Of a stretch of DNA of 59,523 nucleotides, positions 1 to 10,800 are shown in pieces (positions within the stretch are counted from its first letter, which is position 1; each line of letters begins with the position of its first letter). Where the stretch lies: assembly GCA_035084275.1 (NCBI GenBank), contig JAYJKW010000187.1, forward strand, positions 1-59,523, read 5' to 3'. Both the position numbers and the translations under genes were made by a program. The notes under the pieces were generated by a model. That model did not search any database. It was not told the origin of the DNA and saw nothing but the letters and a program-made list of their open reading frames with translations. The stretch comes from Hydrolagus colliei (Eukaryota).

Positions 1-99
1 TGATATAACACCACACTCGTCGTCCCCTCCCACTCCCCACTCCCTCTCTCTCTCCTTTCTTATTCTTTCTTTCCCGCGTTGTCTTTCCCCTTCTGTCCC

Positions 100-500
100 C
101 ATTCTCTATCTCCTCCCCCCACCCCCACCGCAGCCTCTCTCTCTCCTCCCCCACGCCCCCCAACTCTCTCTCTCATCTCCTCCCCCCACTCCCCCACCGC
201 ACCTCCTCTCTCTTCCGCACCCCCACCCCCCCACGCACCGCACCACTCCTCCTCCTCCCCCACCCCCCCACCGCACCTCTCTCTCTCCTCCCCCCACCCC
301 CCCCACCGCACCTCTCTCTCTCCTCCCCCACTCCCCCCACCGCACCTCTCTCCATCTCCTCCCCCACCCCCCCACCGCACCTCTCTCTCTCCTCCCCACC
401 CCCCCACCGCACCTCTCTCTCTCCTCCCCCACCCCCCCACGCACCACTCTCTCACTCCCCCCACCCTCCCACACCGCACCCTCTCTCTCTCCTTCCTCCT
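100..500. repeat. C/T-rich minisatellite (ccccaccgcacctctctctctcct)
   Basis: Tandem degenerate units seen directly. Confidence 0.85.
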
Positions 501-1955
501 CTGTCTCTGCCCCCACACTCTGGAACTCCAACCCACTGTCCCTTCGCCTCGCTCCCTCCCTCCTCGCCTCCTCCGAGGCGGTCTCAAGTCCCTCCTCTTC
601 CACCGGTCATGGATGTAGGGTGGGGGGGGAGGGGGGGGGGAACATGGAGGATGATGTCTCTGAAACTGCAGTGTTCGCTCCCCCCAGCGCTGCGCTGGAA
701 CGCCAGCCGAGACCGTGAGCTCAGCGAGCCTCGTGTGGGAGTTGAACCCACATCCTCCTGACTATATACTGTACCTTGAGTGCTTTGAAATAAACATTGC
801 TTTGATCCTAACATTCAGTTTGATTCACTTATTGAAGTTAGAATCAGGAAGCTGCAAAATTATTACATTCAGTTTTAACTTTGAAAACCTGAAGTTCTTA
901 AAAAGCTTAGCTATTTTTGGTTAGCTGGGTGTTTGACGCGCACTACACACACACACACAACATACACACACACTCGTCACTGTGAACAGCCGAGTGTCTC
1001 ACACTCATACACACACCCGTCACCGTGATCAGCCGAGTGTCTCACACTCACACACACTCACACACACATACATACACACACCCGTCACTGTGATCAGCCA
1101 GGTGTCTGACACACACACACACACACACTGTGATCAGCTGAGTGTCTCACACACACCCATCACTGTGATCAGCCAACTGTCACACACACAAACACACCCA
1201 TCATCATGATCAGCTGGTGTCCCAAAACGCACACACACACATACACACACCCCCACACACGCACACACACACATACACACACCCGTCATCATGATGGGGG
1301 GTGTTTGGTGGGGGAGCTAGGCTTGTAGACACAGCCCTGGGTGGTGGTGGTGATGGTGGTGGTCTGCGGGGGGGGGTGGTGGGTGGGAGGTGGGGGGGGG
1401 GTAATGTTTGCTCTCGATGGTAAGGCTGGAAGGAAGCCAGGTCCTGGAAGACGCCAGGTTTATTTTCAGCATTAAGGAGGGATTAACATTAAAAGCCGGG
1501 CTGATAATACGCTAGAGGCGATGGCGGGGAACGGAGCTTAGACTTCGGGGGACAGGGAATCAGGCTTCTGGTTGGCAGAGAAAATAACCCTCTTAATACC
1601 AGAACATATACAGTTAATATCTGGGCAGGAAGCCGCGGAGATTTATTCCGTCCAAAACACTGATTAAATCCAAACAACAAGTATCTGAGCAATCTCATCA
1701 GGGGGGGCGATGAGAGTCTTAAAGGGGCAGGACTTTGAGAAGGATTGTCGGCCTGGGACATGGTGAGAGACAAACTTGTGTCTCTCTCTTCCAATGTAGT
1801 TGTTAAAACCAAACGTGGGGGTGGGGGGGAGGGTTTGGCTTCACGCAGCGAGTTGTTGTGTAGCTCAGGGGTCAGAGTGCTTGCCTTACGGGCGCGCAAG
1901 ACCTGGGTTCGAATCCAGGCAGGTCAGGGTGAGACCTTGGGCAAGTTTCCTTTCT

Positions 1956-1988
<33 letters not shown>

Positions 1989-3540
1989 ACACCACACACA
2001 CACACACGCGCGCACCTAACGATAAATCGTCCGAAAAAAACCCACAATGATAAAAATTGCTAATTTCAACCCACGGCTGTTTGTGGGGAGGCTGCTGTGC
2101 GCAATTGGCTGCCGTGTTCGCCCACAAATATACAGTCACTTCACTTTACAGTATATCCTGTGAAGCTCTTTGAGACACAGTCGATAAGATGTGAAAAGCC
2201 GCGATATCAAATACAACAATTAGTATTATTATTATTACTGTATCTGGAAGGCATTGCCTGAAAGGAGGTGGGAGCTGATCTGATCAACAACTGTTGAGTT
2301 GTAGATAGTTATTTGGGGAGGACAGGTTTGCAGGGCTATGGGGAGAGTGAGAGAGCGGGATGGGGGGTGGGGGGTGGGGGGAGTGGGATTGATTTGGACA
2401 GCTCTTTTCGTTCTGTGCTGTATGATTCTACGATTCTGAGAAGCGCAGGATGTTTAATAACCAGCTAAACACAGATGTGCGTCTCGTTGTCGCCGACAAT
2501 GTGGAGCTCGTTAAGTTCATATAAATACAGGCTTTGCAAATTTTTAACCCAATGTGAAACGTGCCTGTCGCCATTTACACGTGTCGCGCACACGTCGATA
2601 AAATTCTTGCACCAAACTCCGTGACCACATCACTCCCACCCTTGCCTCCCCCCCCCCAGCTCCACTGGCTCCCCATTTCTCAGAGGATCCAATTCAAGAT
2701 CCTTCTCCTCACTTTCAAAGCCATTCACAGCTCCTTGGGACATCCTCGCAACGTGAAAGGCACAATACGAGTGTCATTTTTTGTTGTCGCTCCCTTCTAC
2801 TTCTCTGACCTGCTGACTCCCTGTCAACCTGTCCACTCCCTCCGTTCAGTGGGCTCCGGCCTGCTCCATGTCCCCCACCTGACCCGTCCTGCCATCGGGA
2901 TTTCAACCTCTCTCGCTGCCCCCACACTCCCCCAAACTCGCTCCTTCAAAACCCTCCTATTCGACCATGCCTTCTGCCACTCTCTCAACTCTCTCCCTCC
3001 CCTCCCAACTCTCTCCCTCCCAACTCTCTCCCTCCCATTCCTCTGTGTGTAACGGGGAGTCAGTGGAGCAGGGCGGGGATGGGGGGAGTCCAGTGAGGGA
3101 GAGGACACAGGCTGCAGAGCTCTGGACAATCGATGGAGTTTGGTGCAGGTTGGTGACAGTCAAGGCTTGGGAGAGTTGGGTTGGCTGCTGGAGTCTAAAC
3201 CAGCTGAAATCACACAGATTGCCATTGACACGAGAGTCTGGCTAACTCTCCCGCGGCTTTGACCAGCAGGGAACGCCAGCAGGGAACACTCCAGCCATTG
3301 GGGCTTTGGCTGATGGGTTGACAGTTGAGTGGAAGTGTGTCACTCACTGCCATCTGCTGACCACAGGGTTTCTGCAGGACCAGACAGTCTGGCTCTGTCA
3401 CCAAAAAAATGCAAGGATTGTTGATGTAATTGGAACATCCAGATGAGACAGGATCCATTGGTCAGGTCATTGGGGACTGTGAGGGTTTGAACCCAGGGTG
3501 ACAGTGTGAGTGATTGAGGCCACAACAACAACAACAGCTC

Positions 3541-3636
3541 CTGTGGCTCAGGGGTTAGAGCGCTCGCCTTACAATCATGAGACCTGTGTTCGAATCCAAG
3601 CAGGTCAGGGCCAAACCTTGGGTAAGTTTCCTTACT

Positions 3637-3672
<36 letters not shown>

Positions 3673-3897
3673 TCCTGATTATTATCCATCCCAAAAAAAC
3701 ACAATAGTAAAATTGGTCATTTCAACCCACGGCTGTTTGTGGGGACGCTGCCGTGCGCAATTGGCTGCCACTTTTCGCCCCACAAATATACAGTCACTTC
3801 ATTTTACAGTACATTCTGTGAAGCGCTTTGAGACGTCGATAAGATGTGAAAAGCGCGATATCAAAATGCAAGGATTATTAAGGATTATTATTATAAT
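3541..3897 (+). mobile_element. tRNA-derived Deu-domain SINE (representative; other copies e.g. 1858-2238+, 4745-5112+, 12305-12605+, 14930-15245-, 16822-17137-, 18790-19100-, 46855-47190-, 56555-56875-, 58455-58780+)
   Basis: Pol III A/B box head (gtggctcaggggttagagc..gttcgaatcc), central gctgtgcgcaattggctgcc domain, L2-like tail gaagcgctttgag..atcaaatgcaagga(tta)n. Confidence 0.8.
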
Positions 3898-4554
3898 TTG
3901 GATGTATACAGCGCCCTCGCTTCCTCACTCCACGGGCTCAGAGCGCTTCAAAAGCAACCGAGCCACGGGGAGGGGGAAGAAGGTGACCCAAAACGCGGTC
4001 GGAAAGAAAAGTCCTTTGGTGCGACCTGAAAATAGGAAGCGAGGGGGCGAGGCGAAGGGAGTGAGGGAGGGAGTTCCAGAGCCTCGGGGCACAGTGGCTG
4101 AAGGCACGGCCGCCGACAGTGGAGCCGAGGATTCGGGGACAAGGAGGAGTCTTGAGACGTGCATCAGCCGGGCGTCTGACACACACGGAAACACGGAGAG
4201 ATCTTGTAGACTGGAATTCTCCCATCTTCCCAGTTGGTAATTGCAGACACACAGTTAAGTCAAGATTTACTCTCGCCCAGGTTTACTCCAGTGCACATCA
4301 TTCCTGCCTCATTCCTGAGGTCCATGTTCCGTCTAATTGTCTTAAAATTCAGGATAGCACTGGCCAAAATTTGGAAAAGTCTCTAAATGGGATCTTCACC
4401 TGAAGCCGGTCTCTTGGTGAAACAGGCGGCAAGGCCGGATCTGGTTGTCTCCGGACTCAAGAATTCGGGAACAATGGACTGAGACCAGTGTGAATTTGAG
4501 AGTGTGGTCACTGCTGACTGGGTGAGCGCTGGGCTAGGGACACACCTCACCCAC

Positions 4555-4583
4555 TCACATCTTAATCGCTGCGTAAGTCACAT
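4555..4583 (-). CDS. Gene 1 last coding exon: DVTYAAIKM-stop, canonical ITIM VTYAAI
   Basis: Acceptor catgtttttccag|AT GTG ACT TAC GCA GCG ATT AAG ATG TGA. Confidence 0.82.
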
Positions 4584-4856
4584 CTGGAAAAACATGATAT
4601 AACGTGTCGGTCAGGGCGGAGGACAACACACTCACTGACACGCTCGCGCACACTGTGAAACACTCACTGTATCACAGTGACACACACACACACACACTCA
4701 CTGACACATTGATTGACACACACACACATTCACATTTGGACCTCCTGTAGCCCAGTGGTTAGAGCACTCGCCTTGCAAGCGTGAGACCTAAATCCAGGCA
4801 GAAACCTTGGGCAAGTTTCTTTACTACACACACACACCCACACACACCCACACCCC

Positions 4857-4890
<34 letters not shown>

Positions 4891-7800
4891 ATAATAACCC
4901 CTCCAAAAAAAAACATAATACAGTTTTGTAATTTTTAAAAATTGGTAATTTCAACCCACGGCTGTTTGTGGGGACGCTGCTGTGCGCAATTGGCTGCCGT
5001 GTTTCGCCCACAAATATACAGTCACTTCACTTTACAGTCTATTCTGTGAAGCGCTTTGAGACGTCGATAAGATGTGAAAAGTGTTTTTTATCAAATGTAA
5101 GGATTATTATTATTCACACACACACACACACACTGACACACAAATTGTGATGGACTCACTGAGACCCGCACACCAACACACACAAAATTATTTGAACTTC
5201 ACCCAACTTCTGTGAGTTACAGTGACACACACACACTGTTGCACACTCTTCCACACACATACACACACACTGTGTCACATGTGCGGACATCAATATGTGG
5301 ATATATAGTGTGCAGATGTACAACAACAACAACAAAATTAGTTGCCGATGGGACCATTGAACAGGTGGGTTCTGAGGTGAGACTTGAAGGAGGCCAGGGA
5401 GGGGGCGAGGAGGAGGGACTGCGGGATGGAGTTCCAGAGTGTGGGGACAGAGAGGCTGAAAGCCCAGCTGCTGATGGTAGAGTGGGTCATGGAGCAGGCC
5501 GGAGCCCACTGAATGGAGGGAGTGGACAGGTTGATAGGGAGTCAGCAGAGGCTGGAGCGGGAGAGGACATAGCTGCAGAGTTTTGGATGATCTGCAGCTT
5601 GTGGAGGGAAGAGTTGGGGAGGGAGACAAGGAGGGAGTTGCCTTGAGGTGACAATTGCGTGTGTAAAGGCTTCAGTGGCCTGAGGGCTGAGGCAATGACA
5701 GAGACGGGGGATGTTGCAGAGATGGTGGAAGGCAGTGCTGGTCACGGCGCGGAGGAAGGACGGCTCAGGGTCAAACAAGACACCCAGGTTCCTGACTGGC
5801 TTGGTGAGGGTGGAGTGTGCACCTGTGGATGCTGATGCTGTCGGTGCCTGAGGTGCGGAGGCGCTGGTGCGAGCCAATCAGGAGGGTCTTGGTTTTGCTG
5901 ACGTTTAGCTGTAGAAAGTTGTCTCTCATCCAGGACTTGATGTCTGACAGACAGTCTGTCAGGACACCAGTAGTCCTGGAATTGATGGTGGAGGCAGAGA
6001 GATAGAGTTGGGTGTGATGCGCATATATGTGGAAATTGACCCCATGTTTGTGCCTGATGCCACCAAGTGGGAGAATGTAGAGGTTGGAGAGGAAGGGACC
6101 AAGGACACAGCCCTGAGGAACGTCCTATGAGATGGTGCGGGGGCTGGAGGAAAAGTGTCGGCGGACGCAATGTGGGAACAGTGTGAGAGGTAGGACCTGA
6201 ACCAGCCAAGGACAGAACCTTGAAGGTTAAGGTGAGAGGAGAGGGGGGTGCAGGTGTGGACTTGTGAGAAGGCAATGGGTGATGGATCGGTTGGCAGGGA
6301 GGGAGGGGATGGGGATGAGAGAGGAGAGGGTAGCTCCCGGGGTCTGTGTCCGGCCTGGCTGGCAGTGGAGGTGGGGAGTGGGGCAGTCAGTGTGGCTGTT
6401 GCTGGACAGCCAACGCCGAGAGCCATGGGGAGCCTGGCGGAGGTTTCCCAGGCAGGAGCGGAGGGTGGCTGTGAGAGGGTCGAGTGGGGATAGGAGGCGG
6501 GGAGGGCGGAGAGAGAGCAGGGCAGAGCAGGAGAGTCGTAGGGAGGCAGAGTTTTAAAGGAAGGGCAGCTCAGGTCAGGGGCAGTAGCCAAATTGGGCAC
6601 GCCGAGTGTGCAGATTTACAGTGTGGATATACAGTGTGTGGAGGTCACAGTCTTAAAATTAAGGGTCAGCCTTTTAGAACAGAGTTGAGGAAACATTTCT
6701 TGACTCAGAGGGTAGTGAGTTTATGTAATTCACTCGCCCAGAAGGCTGTAGATGCTCAGTCCTTCAACATTTTCAAGGCTGAGACTGATACATTTTTGAA
6801 AAATAGAGCGATTAGGGGATATGGGGATAGGGCAGGTAATCAGAGTTAGGTCAGAAGATCAGCCATGATCTTATTGAATGGCGGAGCAGGCTCGAGGGGC
6901 TGAATGGCCTACTCCTGCTCCTAATTCTTATGGTCTTATGTTCTTATGTGTGTGGATACACAGTGTGTGGATACTCGGTGTGTAGTGTGTATATACGGAG
7001 CTGTAGTGTATAAAGTGTATTTATTTACCATCATTCGAGTCCATGTCGATTGGGGAAACCTGACTGTCACCTGGAAACGGAACATTCACCGATCGTGACT
7101 CAGTCAGAATCCTCTCCCCCTCCCCCTCGCCTCCCCCTCCTCTTCACTCCACTCCCCACCTCACATCCCATCCCCCTCGTCTTCACTCCACTCACCCCCT
7201 CTCCTCATCTCTTCGCTCCCCACCCACCTCTCCTGTTCACTCCCCTCCCTACCCCTTGTTTTCCTCTTCACTCCCCTCACACATCTTCCCTCGACACCGC
7301 TCTCCCCTCAACTCTCTGCTCCCCTCACTTCAGCTCCCTCCCCTCTCCTTCCCCCTCACCTCCCCTGCCCATGTCCCCCCCCCACCCCGCCCCTCTCCCA
7401 TCCCCCATATCCCCCCCAACCCTCTCACCTCTCCCCTGCCCATGTCCCCCCCACCCTCTCCCCTGCCCATGTCCCCCCCACCCTCTCCCCTCTCCCCTGC
7501 CCATGTCCCCCACACTCTCTGCCCTCTCCCCTGCCCATGTCCCCCCCACCCTCTCCCCTGCCCATGTCCCCCCCACCCTCTCCCCTCTCCCCTGCCCATG
7601 TCCCCCCCACCCTTCTCCCCTCCCCCATGTGCCCCCCATCCACTCACCTCTCCCCTTCCCATGTCCCCGCCCACCCTCTCCCCTCTCCCATCCCCCTTGT
7701 CCCCCCCACCCTCTCCCCTCTCCCCTGCCCATGTCCCCGCAGCCCCTTCCCTGCCCATGTCCCCCCTACCCTCTCCCCTGCCCATGTCCCCCCCCACCCT

Positions 7801-10800
7801 CTCCCTTGCCCATATCCTCCCCACCCTCTCCCCTCCCCCATGTCCCCCAGCTCCTCCCCTCTCCCCTGCCCAAGTCCTCCCGCACCCTGTCCCTCTCCCC
7901 TGCCCATGTCCCCCACACCATCTCCCTTGCCCATATCCTCCCCACCCTCTCCCCTCCCCCATTGCCCCCCCCAGCCCCTCCACTCTCCCCTGCCCATGTC
8001 ATCCCGCACCCTGTCCCTCTCCCCTGCCCATGTCCCCGCCATCTCCCCTCTCCCCTGCCCATGTCCCCCCCACCCTGCCCCTCTCCTCTGCCTGTATCCC
8101 CCCCACCCTCTCCCCTCTCCCCTGCACATGTCCCCCCCAGCCCCTCCACTCTCCCCTGCTCATGTCCCCCCCCCCTCTCCCTTCTCCCTTGTCTATGTCC
8201 CCCCCCTCTCCACTCTTCCCTGCCCATGTCCCCCCCCCCACTCTCCCCTCTCCCCTGCCCATGTCTCCCCCAGGCCCTCACCTCTCCCCTGTTTGTGCTG
8301 GAACAGGATTGTGGCGTACTGACAGGAATCACTGCTGGTCACTCGGTCGCCTCTCGTGTCTGTTTAGCCACAAATGATGTTTGATATTGTGATTATCCGC
8401 GTTATCAACAACAATAACATCAATCGATTGTTTATAATAAGAATACTTCTTAATCAGTCTATTCGGTGTGCGAGTGTGAGTGCATGTGGGGTGTTAGGGT
8501 CAGTGTGTGTGTGTAAGGGTCAGTGTGTGTGTGTGTAAGGGTCAGTGTGTGTGTGTGTAAGGGTCTGTGTGTGTGGTGTGTAAGAGTTAATCATTGTGTG
8601 TTGNNNNNNNNNNNNNNNNNNNNNNNNNNNNNNNNNNNNNNNNNNNNNNNNNNNNNNNNNNNNNNNNNNNNNNNNNNNNNNNNNNNNNNNNNNNNNNNNN
8701 NNNNNNNNNNNNNNNNNNNNNNNNNNNNNNNNNNNNNNNNNNNNNNNNNNNNNNNNNNNNNNNNNNNNNNNNNNNNNNNNNNNNNNNNNNNNNNNNNNNN
8801 NNNNNNNNNNNNNNNNNNNNNNNNNNNNNNNNNNNNNNNNNNNNNNNNNNNNNNNNNCCCCTGATTGCTATGTTGGCGTAGTCTCCGTTGTCGGAATCTG
8901 AAACAGAAGAGTGTCCGTCACACGTGACACCTCAGCCAGTGGGCAGTGGGCTACCCCTCTCTTCCCCCCACAGATCAGAATCCTCTTGTAGATTCACTAG
9001 ATTGGTTCCTGGGATGAGGGGGTTGAGCTATGAGGAGAGGTTGAGTAATCTAGGCCTATATTCTCTAGAATATAGAAGAATTAGAGGTGATCTTATAGAA
9101 ACCTATCAGATTATTAAGGGCCATGACAGAGTAGCCAGTGGGAGACTGTGTCCCCTGGTTGGAGAAACTATAACTAGGGGGTCACAGTGTTAAGATTAGG
9201 GGTCAGCCTTTTCACACTGAGTTGAGGAAAAACGTCTTCACTCAGAGGGCAGTGAATGGATGGAATTCTCTACCCCAAAAGGCTGTAGATGCTCAGTCAG
9301 TCCTTGACCATATTCAAGACTGAGATTGACAGATTTCTTGTGGATAAAGGGATTAAGGGATATGGGGATAAGGGGGGGCAGGTGGGGTTAGATTAGAAGA
9401 TCAGCCATGATCTTATTGAATGGAGGGGCAGGCTTGAGGGGCTGAATGGCCTACTCCTGCTCCTAATTCCTATGTTCTGATGTATTTACTTTTCTGGAGC
9501 TCACCCCCTTGAACCCCTCCACAACCCCACAAGCCAGACTCTGTGTCTTGGAATGGAATGAGCTCACTCTCTCTCCCTGGAGGGACACATTCTGGAAAGA
9601 ATTAGGCGCAAGTTGGCGAGAACCAAGTCTTGGGAGGGAGGGGTGGGGGGATGAGGTGAGGGGAGCCCAGAGTGTGTGTTGGGTTAACTGCTGGAGTCCA
9701 ACCAACTAAACCCAAACAATAGCTTGGCCTTTCACAGCCCTTTCCTGCTGCTTAACCAGTCAGGAACACTCCCCCCTCAGGGCTTTGGTTTGTAGGGTTA
9801 ACAAGGAGCTGGATGGGATGACTCCCTGCCCCCAGTGACTGACTGGTCTGCTGTTGAGGCGGTGGAAAGGGTGAGGAAACCGGATTAAAGGATCTGCCCT
9901 TGTTTAATAACTAACGGAGGGGATGAAATGGTCTCCTCGGCCTGTGGAGAAATAGTACCTGACATCATGTCCATCGTGTCCAGTCTTGTCGACGTAGAAA
10001 CCACATCCCTAATAAAAGAGAAAGAGTTTTCAGAGTTACGTCACGTACTGACCAGGCCCCAAGCCTGAAATCCTTGGCCACCAATCCCCAGGTCAGTCAG
10101 GGCCTACAATCCTCTAATCCACTATCTGCAATGTTAACTCAAGCATCACCCACCCCCCCCACCACCATTGCCCCACCCCGCCCTGGGAGTGAGTTACAGG
10201 CTGGAATCTACATCAGCAAAAACAACAATAACAACAAAATGACACTTGTATAGATAGAGCCTTTCGTGTCAGGAGGCCGTCCCAAGGCGCTGGACATTCA
10301 CTGTGCCAGACCCGAGCTGGGGACAGGGGGAGGAGGGAAGGGGGTGGTATTAGGAGTTGCCAATGGGTCCATCGAAGAGGAGAGTCTTGAGGCTGGACTT
10401 GAAGGAGGCCAGGGAGGGGGCGAGGGGGAGGGACTGTGGGTTGGAGTTCGAGAGGTTGGGGGCAGAGTGGCTGAAGCCAATGGTGGGGAGGGTGAGTGGG
10501 GGGACGTGGAGCAGGCCAGAGCCTGCCGAGCGGAGGGAGGGTGGGGGGGGAACAGGTTGGTAAGGGGATAGGAGATCACTGATTTGGGGGGGGGGGGGGG
10601 GCAAGGTTGTGGAGGCTTTAAATGTGAGGACCAGGATGTTGAATTGGATCCTCTGGATGATGGGGAGCCAATGGAGTCGGGCGAGGATGGGGGAGATGGG
10701 GTTTGGAACAGTAGAGGACACCGGCCACAGAGTTGTGGATTATCTGCAGCCTGTGGGGGGAGGGATTGGGAAGGCCGACCAGCATTACAAGTATAGAGCG

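Noticed and set aside
1858-1920. tRNA genes at SINE heads
   Set aside because: A/B boxes run directly into SINE body; no complete acceptor stem; many degenerate copies.
60-8384. Long Pro/Gly/His-Thr-rich ORFs (e.g. 7050..8384, 79..618; also 59003..59520)
   Set aside because: Artefacts of stop-poor mini- and microsatellites, open in several frames on both strands.
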